DNA of 64,000 bases from Cyanophora paradoxa CCMP329 (Eukaryota > Plantae > Glaucophyta), in contig QPMI01000023.1 in NCBI GenBank assembly GCA_004431415.1, positions 1 to 64,000 of the forward strand. Reading direction: 5' to 3'. Under the pieces are notes generated by a model. That model saw only the letters and a program-made list of their open reading frames with translations, was not told the DNA's origin and ran no database searches. Shown piece by piece: positions 1 through 11,169 of this stretch (its first letter is position 1; every line of letters starts with the position of its first letter). The translations under genes were made by a program, and so were the position numbers.

Positions 1-3000
1 AAGCCGCCTCCAGCTCGGCGCGGAAGGCGGTGGCCTCCTGCAGGCGCTGGGCAGAGGGCCTGGCGCCGCTCCTCCGCCTCGCGCGCCTGGCGCGCCGCCA
101 GCGCCCGCCGCTCGCCTCCTGCTGGCCCCGAAGCCCTGGATCGCGGTGAGGACGGCGCCGGGCCGGGAGGGGCTGGGGCCGTCGGCGCTCGCGGAGGAGG
201 CGAGCTCCCGTAGCGCTCGGGCCCGCCGCGTTCGTCGGGGTACCTGCCTTGGATCAGGAGGGGGGCGGGGGGAGGGGGGTACGGGAGGGAAGGCGGGGGT
301 ACGCGGGGCGGACCTGGCGCGGCAGCATCTCGTCGATGCGCTGCTGGCCGGGGCGCTGCTGGGGGCCGTGCGGGGGGCTGGGGCGGGAGGAGGCCGGCGC
401 CGAGTTGCGGGTGCGCTTGCCCTTGCCTTGGTGTGGGGCTTGACGAGGAAGGGCCCGACGTCGGGCGCCGGTCCTTGAACTGGGCGACGGGATCGCGATC
501 GCTCCAGCGCCGGCTGGCTCTCGCCGAGGGAGGCGGGCCTTGGGGCGATGCCGCGGATGTAGGTCTGCCAGACGCCGCGAGCTTGTAGGAGTAGGGGCGG
601 ACCAGGAGCCGAAGCGGCGAGGGTCTCGTCCAGCCGGCCGTTCTCGATGTCGGCGCCGACGGCGGCGGAGGTGTCGGGGCCCTCCGTGCGCGCGATGTAC
701 TCGACGATGCCCGCGACGCTCGTCATGTAGCCCTCGTGTTCGGGGCGGCGACGTAGGTGGTGGGGTCGACGGCGCAGTGGGCGATGATGAGCGGGTGAGG
801 GACAGGAGGCCGTCTCTGCCAGAAGCCGAGGCGCTGCGCCGCAGCCACGCGGCTCGAAGGCCTGGATGCAGGAGGCCTTGCCGTCGGAGAGCGCGTGGAT
901 GATCTTCCACGCGAAGGTGAAGGCGCGACCATGAGCGCCGGCAGCTCGTTCTCGCGGATGTCGGAGTGGAGGTAGGTGCGCTTCTTGGCCGCTTGTGGTC
1001 GAGGGGGATCAGGACGACGCGGGCGAAGAACTCGAGCATGCGGTTCTCGAGCTGCGCCGGGGCAAGTGAGAAGGGCGCCGGGGAAGGGAAGGGGGCAGGG
1101 GAACGGGCGCACCTGCGGGAAGCTGTTGCAGACGATGACAAGCACCTTGCGCGTCGCCTTGGTGCGCACATCGTCGCCGCGGACGTTCTTGAAGTTGCGG
1201 GGTAGGCGTCGCCGGAGCGCATCTTGAGCTCCTCCTCCGAGCAGGCCTTAGGGTCGAGGCCCTCCGCCATCACATGCAGATCGCCTCCTCGCCGCCGTGC
1301 TCCGAGAAGGCGAGCCCTTGGAGGGGCGGTAGACGCAGACGCGGCCCGGCGGCGGCACTCCGTCATGATCTGCGTCACCATCGACTTGCCTGTGCCCGAC
1401 TGGCCCTTGATGATGCCGCAGTACTGCAGCATGGCGCCCTCGGACGGCGGCTCGATCTCCGCGCGGCTCCCGGTCGAGACGGGCTTGTCGCAGAAGTTCC
1501 ACGGCCCGACGAGGTTGAAGGCGTAGAGGACGGCCGCCGCGTAGCCGAACTCGTCGGCCGTCACGTAGCGTTGTCCGCCAGGTGCTTGACGACGTTGGGC
1601 ATGAAGGGTGCAGCATGCCGTACACGGTGGGCCAGTCGCAGGTCTCGGTCGCCTCCTCGATGCCCGCGGGCAGGCGCCCCTGATGTAGCAGGTGTTCATG
1701 TAGCCCGCGTACCGCTCCCGTGCCTCCTCGTGCGTCATGACGAGGACGCAGGCGCTGCCCGTGCTGTCCTGCGGCGCCCGCACCACGAAATCTGCGCAAG
1801 GGGCGTCGGCGGGGGTACGGGGCGGGGCGCAGGGGTACGGGCGGCGACGCGTGTCGCAGGCGAAGGCGAAGCCGGGGATGACGGGCATCTCGGGGCAGAC
1901 GTCCTCGAGTGGAGGGACTCCTCCACGAACGTGCGCGTCCGCCCGAGAGCACTCCTTCGAGAAGGTGAACTCGAAGGAGCCGGGGTTGGACTCGTAGGTC
2001 TTGTGGAAGGTCATCGCCAGCAGCTGGATGACCTCCTTCTCGTCCCGCGCCGGCGTGCCTGTTCGCGCTGACCTTGTCGTACACGAAGAGGTTCGGGAGC
2101 TCGACGTAGAAGGTGGGCGGGGAGTTCGGGCGTAGGGTCTTGGCGCACGATCCGCTGCGCCGGCAAAAGGGGGTTAGCGGGTTCGAACGCGGGGAGGGGG
2201 CGCACCGGCCGAAGGCGGCTCGGGCCAGCGCTTAAGCAGCTGGGCCACGGCCGCCTCCGGCTCTAAGGGGGCGGGGCGCGCAGCTAAGGGGGCGGGGCGC
2301 ACGTTGTCTTGACGAAGAGGCGGAGCGCATCCTGAATGGCGCCTCCTTCTGGACTTGTTGTCCTTGCTGTACGTGTCACGTCGTCGTACTTGGACATGTC
2401 GATCTCGGGCGCCTCGCGCGGCTGCACCGCCAGCTCCGCCGCGCCAGCTCCAGCCTGGTGCGCGCGGCGGCTCGCCGTGCTCTCCGACGCCTGCCGTCGT
2501 CGTGGTCCGCCTCCGCCTCCGCCCGCTGATCGCGCAGCAGCTGCCGCTCGCGCTCGCGCCGTGCTGGGCCGGCGGGAGAGGCGGCCGGCGCGGGGGCCGG
2601 AGGGGGCGGAGGGGCATGTGGCCGAGGGAGGAGGCGGGCGTGGCGACGGGCGTGCCCCGCGGCGGCGAGGGGATGGGCGGGCGAGGGGGGTACCCTGGAG
2701 GAGGGCGGCGGGCGCTGCGAGGGCTGCGAGGGGCGGAAGGGACTGAAGGCCGAGGGGTTGCGCTCGGGCGCCAGGAGACGTCGGAGGCGGCGGGCTGGCG
2801 GGGGGCACGGGGCGGGCGGGCGGCGGGGGAGACGAGGGGCGGCCTGGGCGGCGTCGCGGGCTCGTCGTCCGAGAACTCCTCGATGGGCGGCGGCGGGCGC
2901 GTCGAGGGAGGGGGAGGCGGGAGGGGTAGAACTCGTCGACGGGGGGCTCGGCTCGAAGGTGTCCCCGCCCGCCTCCACCGTCGCCGCAGCTCGCATCGGG

Positions 3001-3052
3001 CTCGCCCTCGCGCTCGCGCTCGCGCTCCAGCTCCATCGCGTACTCTCGCCAC
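1..3052 (-). CDS. D5-like superfamily-3 helicase/ATPase (virus/Polinton-like), multi-exon, frameshifted; 3' end probably runs off the window
   Basis: Walker A GIIKGQSGTGKS (core at 1382-1405), downstream 'VMAEG' (Walker B-like) and 'KVLVIVCN' (SF3 motif C-like), then 'FFARVVLIPLDHK...IRENELPAL', typical of D5 C-termini. GT-AG intron at 1052-1112 joins NSFPQ to LENRM. Low-complexity N-terminus; no primase motif recognised. Boundaries approximate. Confidence 0.6.
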
Positions 3053-3854
3053 CTCAGCTCGCGCGAGGCCTTCGCGTCCGCCGCCGCCGCCAGCGCGGCC
3101 TCATCTCCATCTCGGCTCGGCCTCAGCTCTCCTCTGTGGGCAGGGTCATTCCTTTGCGCCTCTGGAACGCCCTAGGCTCAGAATTAGGGGCGGGGAGGGC
3201 GCACCGGCGCCTTGGGGCCGCCGCTCCATCTCCTCGCCGAGATCGCGCCGGCCGCCGGGGCACCGCCTCCTCCTCCTCGAACCGCAGGTCGATGTAGGCG
3301 GCCTTGCCTTGCCTTGCCTTCGCTGGGCCTGGGCTGGGCCACGCGCATGGCGCGCGCGAGGCTCCGCCGTGATCATGCTGCCGCCGGCCCGGGCGCCCGA
3401 GCGGAGGCCGTCGCCTCGCCGATCGCCGCTGGAAGGCCGCGGCATCGCTGGCGGCGCGCGGCAGGCTCCGCGCCCGCTCCAGCTCCTCCTCCGTGAAGTC
3501 CAGCGCCGGGCCGCGGCGGCGGCCTCGGCCTCGCGCTCCGCCTCGGAATCCGAGTCGGAATCCGAGGACTCCGCGGCCGGAGCATGGGGCGGGGGGGGGC
3601 GGCGGCGGCGGCGGCGGCGGCGCCTTGTCGAAGACGGGGACGAAGAAGGTGAGGGCGAGGTGCGCCGCGGCACCACGTACTTCACGGCGCCGTGGATCAT
3701 GGGCCGCCCGTGCGAGTCCGGCATCGAGCACCGGCGGATGACCTGCGAGGGGGTTTAAATGGCATCTAAATAGTCTAAATAGCATCTAAATAGCATCCAA
3801 ATAGAAACGGCGCACCTGCACGCGGTCGCCGATGGTGACGCCGGCACCTCGAAC

Positions 3855-4795
3855 TCAGGAACCAGGTCGAAGGCGCAGATGCCTGGCGCCGTGGCGGTCC
3901 GGCACGTCCGGCAGCCGCTCCAGCACGATGCGGATGGCGTAGGCGTCGTGAGGACGCCGGTGTCCGGCGCTCGCCCCAGACGCCGAGCTCTCGTGCGCGT
4001 GATGAACGCGCGGCTGTTCCGCATGATGCAGCGCGCCTCGACGCCATGATGCCTTCGCCAGCCTCTGCGGGCCGGCGGGGGTCGGCGGGGAGGGCGGCCG
4101 CGGCTGCACGGGCGCCGGGGGCGCACCTCGGGCGTGTAGGCCGGGTCCGAGCTGAGCACCAGCAGCCAGAGCAGGTGCGGGGCCGCTCCGCATGCGGTTG
4201 AAGTAGAACTCCTCCGGGCCCGCCAGCAGGCCAATCGTGCGCCACTCGCCCTTGGCGATGTGCCGGGGCACGGCGCCATGAGCAGCCGCAGGCGCTGCGC
4301 GCGAACAGCCGGCGGGCGTCGGAATCGCGCCCGGCTTCGGCTTGCTCGGTGTGTCGAAGTTCTCCTCCGTCATGTTCAGCGCCGCGTGCATCGCCGCACG
4401 TCCGCGTCCTGCGAGCGCGGCGGCCTCAGCCGCTGCGAGCCGGGCGCGCGAGGAGAAAGAGGCAGCGAGCACCTCCGCGAGCCGCAGCCGCGACAGGACG
4501 GAGTCGATGGAGAACTGCACCGACGGGCCGGGGGCGCCTCGAGGTTCAAGGTCCGCGCCGCGGCCAGCTTGCGCTTGCGCTCGGCCAGCTCGGTCTTGCG
4601 CAGCACATCCTTGCTGTTCGGGCTGAACTGCATGCCATCCTCCAGCGCACGCGCCTGCGCCTCCTTCGCCTGGTCGCTGATACGCTCGAACACCGTCCAA
4701 TCGACGCCGAAGCTGTCGCCGACGCAGAGAACGTCGTACAGCGTGTTCTTCGCCAGCTTAGCCGGGATCTCCGGAGGGAGCGCGAGCCGAGACAT
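3855..4795 (-). CDS. Hypothetical protein (frameshifted), starting MSRLALPPEIPAKLAKNTLYDVLC
   Basis: Protein-like segments across ORFs 4376..4912, 3855..4700 and 3755..4279; shares a ~27-aa motif with the + strand gene at 7136-7216. Confidence 0.4.
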
Positions 4796-5092
4796 GCTGC
4801 TGCCGCCGATGCTGCCGCCGGTGCTGCGCGCGCTCTGCTGGGAGTGCTGCGCGCGCTGCGAAGGTTCTGGCGCCAAGTTCCAGCCGATTTGAACGAGCGG
4901 CCTGCATTGCATCGCCGGACTGGGCAGTCAAAAAAAGCGAGAAACCGACGGGGTTCGAGCCAAGGGGGGTACGCATTTTGAGGGGGGGAAGCGGGCTTCA
5001 AGTCTGAGTCTTCGCGAGTTGGGGAGGAACAAGCCAGCGGGGTACGACGTTGAACGGAATCCGTTGAGACATCGCGGGCAGTAACACTCGCG

Positions 5093-7459
5093 ATGCAGGC
5101 GGCGACTTCCGCTCGTGCGCGAAGCAGCAGCAGCCCGGCGAGCAGGACAGCATAGCCCGCGATCTCGGCAGCCTGTCGGCGGAGGAGGCGCTCAACGCGA
5201 TGACCTGCGATAGCGTGTTCAACTCGGCCGGCGTGCCGCGCTTCGAGCCGTTCGGCGGGCTGAAGAAGATCCAGAACACGGACGGCCACCCGAAGCGCTT
5301 GAAGACCAAGGGCCAGTTCACGCCGGTGAATAAGTTCAACGAGGTTCGCGGTTTCGCCCGCACCGCTTCGGCCCCGGCTCACATGCCCGGCTCGCGTGCC
5401 CCGCGCGCAGATCGTGCCTTACAGCATTCACGAGCTGCCGGAGCATGTGAAGGCGAAGTACGGCTTCACGCACGGCGATGTGGCGCTGTTGCTGATGTCC
5501 GACAATGCGGCGGCGGGCTGCTTCAACAGCATCGCGCTCCATCGCGATTTCCATCCGCGCGCGATCTTCTCCGGCACTCCGGAGCAGAAGGAGTTCCTCG
5601 CGGACCTCAAATCCGGCAGCGGCGGCGCCACGGGGTGAGGGCCCTTCCCTGCGCTCGCGTGCCCGCGCTTGCTCACGCGCGGGCCGCTGCAGCTCTTGAT
5701 CGCGCGGGATCAGTGCCTGGCGTCGGTGACGGAGAAGGAGAAGGCCAGCCCGTCCGGCCTCGGCGTTCGGTGCGATTACGTCATCGTCACAAGCGCATCA
5801 ACCCGACGTACGCCAAGAAGTACGACCTCAACTTCGTCTACGTGAAGGAGGGGCCGCCGGCCTCGCAGTACACCGTCACCGTCCAGGCCGGCATCTGCGC
5901 CGGCGAGACCATCCAAGGCGCGTACCACGGCGTCGGCACGCTCCGTCCGGCGGCTTCTTCGACGTCGTTGATCACATGTTCTCTCCTGCGCCGATGACAT
6001 TTACGTGCGCGAGAGCCGCCCTTTCCCCTTTCCCCTGCCCTGCGCGCGCTAAGGTCGCGTCCGCAGGTCGGGGAGAACCGAGCGCGGAGAGCCGCTGGGC
6101 TACGCGTACTGGCTGGTCAGCGTGCAGAAGGTGCTCTCCTGCGGCCCTTCTGAGTACGCCAGCGTCTGCGACTCCGGCATGCGGCCCAGCTCCAGCTTCT
6201 CGTGGATCAGGGCCGGAGCGACGAGACCCGCCAGCGCCACCGCGATCTCGCGCGGACGGCCGTGCTGAAGCTGGAGGAGGTTCTGCGCGAGGGCCACCAA
6301 ACGGGCCGGCCCGCGCCCGTGAGATCTCTCGGCGGCCATCTCCGTGATCGTCGGCGAGCTCTCGCACACGGTCCGCCGCCGCCCCGCTTAGCCCGCCTCT
6401 CCTCCTGACCCCGGGCCCTCGGAGCGCAGGAGGAGTCGGACGTTCTCACGGCGCGGGCGGACGAGTTCAGCGCCAGGCGGAGAAGATCAAGTGCTGGTAC
6501 GAGAAGGTGAAGAAGGCGGAGGAGACGGACCTGCGCGACTGGGGCAGCAAGAGCGGCGACGCCGATTCGACCGCGACAAGCTCAAGCGCGTCTTCTTCTG
6601 GATGCGCATCTGCGCCAAGCTGGAGGCGCTGATGGACGAGTGGCACATCGAGGGCGTCCGTCTGGCGAAGGCGATGATCGCCATGGAGTGGGGCCAGGCC
6701 ACCGGCGCGCAAGGAGTGCAGCATGCTGGCCAAGGAGATCGGCCGCGGGGCCGCTACATCAAGGAGGTGGCCTACGGCATCGAATGTGCGTCCGCCCCGC
6801 CTTGGCCTGCGCCCCCGCCCTTGGCCTGCGCCCCGCGCTCTCCCCGCTCACCCCTCTCCGCAGTTACCATCCCGCTCGTCCAATTCTTCCAGCGCGAGTT
6901 TGTGCTGATCCAGGCTCCATCATCAAGATCGGGTCGCTCTCCGCCAAGGAGGTGGACGAGGCAAGGGACGAGGGCCAGGCGGAGGCGGAGGCGCGCTGGG
7001 ACGATGCGGCGTTCAGCGCCGTCTGGGGCGTCGGGGACAACGCGCTCTCGCCCCCGCCCGTTCGGCTTCAGCGGGCGGCCCGCGCTGGCGTTCGACGAGC
7101 ACGGCCTCCCCGAGCTGGCGGAGGCGGACGCCGTCGGCTTCAACTGGGCGACGTTCGAGGCCCGCATCGACGAGAAGGCGAAGGAGGCGCAGATGCGGCT
7201 GCTGGAGGAGGGCCTCGTCCCGGCGCCGGTGCCCGCGCCCTTCCCCTTCCTCTCCTCCTCGGCCCTCTCACCGCCTCCTCCAGCCCCCGGCGTCCTCGGC
7301 TCCGGCGCCTTGGCTCCGGCGCCCTCGCCCCGGCCTCTGCCCACCTACGGAGAGAGGTGCGCCACGGCGCCGATTGCGCCCTCAACGGCTCCCACCTCCT
7401 GCCCGCCAAGAAGGCCCGCCTCGGCTCTTCTCACCCCACCCTCTCAGCCCGGTGAGTGA
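5093..7459 (+). CDS. Hypothetical multi-exon protein
   Basis: Coding-like exons (VFNSAGVPRFEPFGG..., IVPYSIHELPEHVKAKYG..., RDKLKRVFFWMRICAKLE...) separated by short GT-AG introns, e.g. 5344-5410; several indels. No family recognised; the end is uncertain and may extend to 8094. Confidence 0.45.
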
Positions 7460-8174
7460 CTCTGAATCGGAGGGCTCGGAGGCCTATAGCACGCCCCGCG
7501 ACCCGACGCCCGCCCCACAAGGCCGGCGCCTTCGGCTTCTGTGAGTGACGCCCCGCGCAGGCCTGCCGACGCCGCCCGTCGCCACCGCACCGTCTTCGTC
7601 CAGGTGAGTGCCAGGGCTGCCGCGAGTGGCGGCTCGAGAACTTCTCGGCTCAGGTCCCGCCACGCAGCAGGCCGGCGCGATCCCGGCCTCGCCGCCCGTG
7701 ACCGTCGACGTCGAGGGCGGTATGTTCGAGATGGAGCTGGAGCCGGCGCCCTCGCAGGCCTCGCCACCCAGGGCTCGGCCCGGGCTCGCCGCCGCCGTCC
7801 CAGCCTCCTCCCGCTGGTGCACGCCAACTCCAACATCTTCGAGGGCTGCTGAGGGCCCTGAAACGGTGCGCGCAGGCCCGTCCCGCCCTCCCAGAGCAAG
7901 TGGTCCACAACGCCATAGTGGACGCCATGTGGGATAACAGGGGCCGCCTCCCCACCCTTCCGCTACGTCTCTATGGCCCTCCGCGGCCTCGCCTTCCCGC
8001 CCCCTGCACCGAGCAGCTCAACCAAATCCTGCGCGGTCTGATTCATTACAGACTCGCCTACCGGCTGGGCCTGAGCTACACCAAGCTACGGTGAGTCCGA
8101 CAAGCCCTGTCCGGGTCCGGGAAAATTTATATTAAGATTCCAAGACCTGGGACAGAAGTAGTCTGACAAGAGAC

Positions 8175-8224
8175 GTGTCCGGACCTCCCAATAATCATAT
8201 AGAGTATTGGAAAGGTCCGGACAC
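8175..8224. terminator. Hairpin between convergent genes (putative 3'-end/termination signal)
   Basis: Perfect 12-bp arms GTGTCCGGACCT (8175-8186) / AGGTCCGGACAC (8213-8224) plus inner CCAATA/TATTGG and an AT-rich loop; abuts the YqaJ stop codon. Confidence 0.45.
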
Positions 8225-8878
8225 TAGAGGAGGGCGTACGACTTAAACTCGCGCAGCGCCGCCTGCTCCTCGCTGAGGTTCTCTGACTTCATTCGATCGC
8301 TGTAGGGCTCGGGCGGCGTGCCCTCCTTGACGTGCATCCAAAATAGATGTAAGCACTTCCTCATGAGCTTGATGTACCTCTCGTCCCGTCTGACGTACCA
8401 CGTTTGCACGCGCAGAGGAGTGAAGCAAAAAAGTTCGGCCACTCGCGGCCCGTTATGTCCAGCAGGCCTGGAGCTGGGGCATGTAATAAGTTGGGACCTT
8501 TTCGTAGAGTTCTTGTTTGTAGGGGCATTTTATTTCAAGTATACGATCGCTTCCAATCAGCCCGTCCGGGCTGCCCGCCAGGAAGGGCAGTTCCTTATGT
8601 TCGTGCAATCCAGTATGTTGCACGTCCACGTTGTTGTTCGACGTTTTGTAGAGAGAGACCGCGAGGGGCTCATAGTCATGCCCATAGGTTAGGGCAGGGT
8701 TGTCAAAGTTGTTTTCCTCCGCTATCCCGCTTAGCTCCGCCCACAGGCGGGCCCTGGATTTCCAGGGGTTTATGCCGCACGCAGCCGCAAAATTAGATGC
8801 AGTTAGTTTTTCACGGCGCGCCGCGTGCCACGCTGCGCTCCCCTGTTGCAAAGTCTCGCAATTTGTATCGGTATGCAT
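8224..8878 (-). CDS. YqaJ-like viral recombinase / lambda-exonuclease family nuclease (frameshift near 8450)
   Basis: QGSAAWHAARREKLTAS (motif I), YGHDYE, LAGSPDGL, LEIKCP (PD-(D/E)xK core), YYMPQLQ; C-terminal part in ORF 8224..8442. Intronless and visibly more AT-rich than its flanks. Confidence 0.9.
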
Positions 8879-8928
8879 AGCGTAGCCTCGCAGTAGCGTT
8901 TAGAATTTCTTGATGTGTGCAATTGCAA

Positions 8929-9622
8929 ATGTCGGATGCAGAGGAAGCGCCCAGGGACGTGATCGCACAGTTCATAGATCAGGTCAAGGACCTTAGACGC
9001 TGGGTGGTAGAGCAGGCCTCGCGACCGAATCGACAGCGCCAACCCTGGCCGGTGCTAGAGCTGGCCCGGGCAGGGTGGCTAGACACGCATTACAACTCTG
9101 GCGGGGCCTTTACGTTCGGAGCCACGACGAGGGCAGGATTATCGACGAGTTCAAGCGCATCTGGTTCGCCCTGGGCTCCAAGCTCAGCATACTCTCGACC
9201 CTCCCGGACCACATTCGCATGCAAATCCTCGAGTGGTACGCGAAGGCAAGGGACTCGCAATGGGACGACGTAAATTTGCGCGACCTCTCGCGCTTGCGCT
9301 CGGCTGTGACGGCGTATGTCACAAACTATGATTATCACGTCAAAAAGCCCAATTCGAAGTTGAGCCAATTCCGATGAATCTGGTACCCTGGGATGGGAAG
9401 AGTACCCCGAGTACTCGTGGAACAGGGGCCTCAACCCCCGCGCCAGGCCCTGCCAGCCCCGCCCGCCCCACCGATAAACGCCCCGCCCCGCGTGACGTCA
9501 GACGGGACATACGCGAATGGGAGGAGTGGAGCAACGACCCGAAGAACTGGCTACCCGGGGAGGCCGAGCTGCGGAAGCGCGCGAGGCTGATGCCCGGCGA
9601 CAGGTACCCCGACCGCGAGTAG
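8929..9622 (+). CDS. Hypothetical protein A (intronless; one or two ORFs, frameshifted)
   Basis: MSDAEEAPRDVIAQFIDQVKDLRRW..., then IWFALGSKLSILSTLPDHIRMQILEW (9075..9377 frame), then ORF 9374..9622 via an ATGA overlap. Confidence 0.45.
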
Positions 9623-9656
9623 GGGTACAGGTATAAATTCTCACCGAGCCGCGAGC

Positions 9657-10392
9657 ATGGCGCGAACACGCGAGTCCGACGTGCTGTACAACAACGGCGA
9701 CCTGGACGGGGAGATTCGACAGCGGAACGTGGACTTGGAGGATGCGAACGCAGTGCTGGAGGGGAGGCGCACGTCCTCAGGGGGCGGCTCGCCGGCGGAG
9801 AACTTCATGGAGCGCGTGCTCTACCTTGTGCGCTGGATTAGAGACGAATTCCACGACGAGCGAGAGCTCCCGGACAGGGAGATGATCAGGGCGCGGGCTT
9901 GATGGGTATGACAGAGAACCCGAGATCGTACCTGAGGCGCGAACGCAGGGATCTGAACGGCGATTGGGCCGACCTGCAAGCGCTGTGGACGGCCTTTGCG
10001 AACCGCAAGAGCCAGATCCTTGCCCTGCCCGCGCAGGTACAGCAGCGTATCATTGATTTCGTAGCCCCCTGGCGCGACGAGTCCCTCCAGCAGCCATTCA
10101 TGCAACCACGCTTCCTCTCCGGCTCAGGAGCGCGTTCTTCCACTTGGCCGTGAGCAGCGACCGGTATTTCACACCGCAGAGGATCGTTCACGGCGAATTC
10201 GGCATACCCCCGAGTGGCTGAATTTTGCCACCGTACCCCTTCCCACCCGCCTCGAAGGCCCCCCCTCCCCTACCCCCGAGCAGCGTGAGTCACTCAAGCG
10301 TCAGAGGGAGGTACGCGAATGGATGGACGACACCAGCCACTGGGTACAGGGCGAGGCCGAATTACGCAAGTTCGGAAGGTTCGGGCAGTAAC
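9657..10392 (+). CDS. Hypothetical protein A', diverged paralog of 8929-9622
   Basis: Collinear motif matches: FMERVLYLVRW vs FIDQVKDLRRW; ILALPAQVQQRIIDF vs LSTLPDHIRMQILEW; VREWMDDTSHWVQGEAELRK vs IREWEEWSNDPKNWLPGEAELRK. Confidence 0.45.
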
Positions 10393-10959
10393 AGCGGGGG
10401 GTACAGCATTCAGTTAGAGCCTGAGCATCGTTAGAGGCCGGGAGGCCCCCCGAGGGGTACACCGGCTGTTACTCCCCGCGTCGGTTAGTGCTAGCCCCCC
10501 TGTTAGTGCAGCGTGTACCTGATCGCAATATAACACCCAAACCTCCGCGACGCGTGACTCATGCAACCTCCGAGGGTTAACAATGCATTGACAGCGAAGG
10601 GGCAAGCTCGAGAGCTCAACGCTTCACAAAGGCCCACATATATATTTAATCTCCTCTCAATCTGCTCCACCAGTTAAAAGCAAGCGTTACCGGTTCAACT
10701 CCGGTCTCCCCTAGTTAATTATATATTCCCTCTCCTCATTACATTGCTCTCTGGCCAGCCAGCTCTCCCTCGAGCTGGCTAAAGCGGGCCAGCCCATGGC
10801 CGGTGCCAAGCCGGCGAAACCCGGCCATGCAGCTGGGCGGGGCCGGGTCCAGCTGGCCTCCTACTGTGACAGCCGCGAGGGCGTCCGCGAGGCTTCGCCG
10901 TACTTAGTGCTCCGCAGGAGCACGGATCTTGTTAGGACTTGCCGTAGTCGGGAATTATA

Positions 10960-11169
10960 GGTAATTAGGTAATTAGGTCGAACACGCACCTTTTTTGCGG
11001 ACGATCCTCGAACCGGTAAAAATCTAATTAGCTTGGAATTCGAGGAGGCCAGCTAGACCTCCTCGACCTCGAGTTCCGGCTAATATTAATTAGGTCGGGC
11101 TGTCTGGAACTAGTTTAAAGACTGTACCCCTCCCCTCGTCGACGAAAGACCCCTAATTACCTAATTACC
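10960..11169. repeat. Inverted-repeat-bounded segment (MITE-like or element terminus)
   Basis: Perfect 18-bp IR GGTAATTAGGTAATTAGG (10960-10977) / CCTAATTACCTAATTACC (11152-11169), flanked by GGAATT/AATTCC; internal hairpin CGAGGAGG...CCTCCTCG. Confidence 0.55.

Noticed and set aside
146-3785. Numerous Arg/Pro/Gly-rich ORFs on both strands as separate genes
   Set aside because: Expected by chance at this GC content; only the helicase-bearing frames have recognisable motifs.
3756-3805. TAAATAGCATC tandem as a regulatory array
   Set aside because: Only ~4 degenerate copies; cannot be distinguished from a simple minisatellite.
4940-4985. GGTTCGAGCC B-box as a tRNA gene
   Set aside because: No A box or cloverleaf around it.
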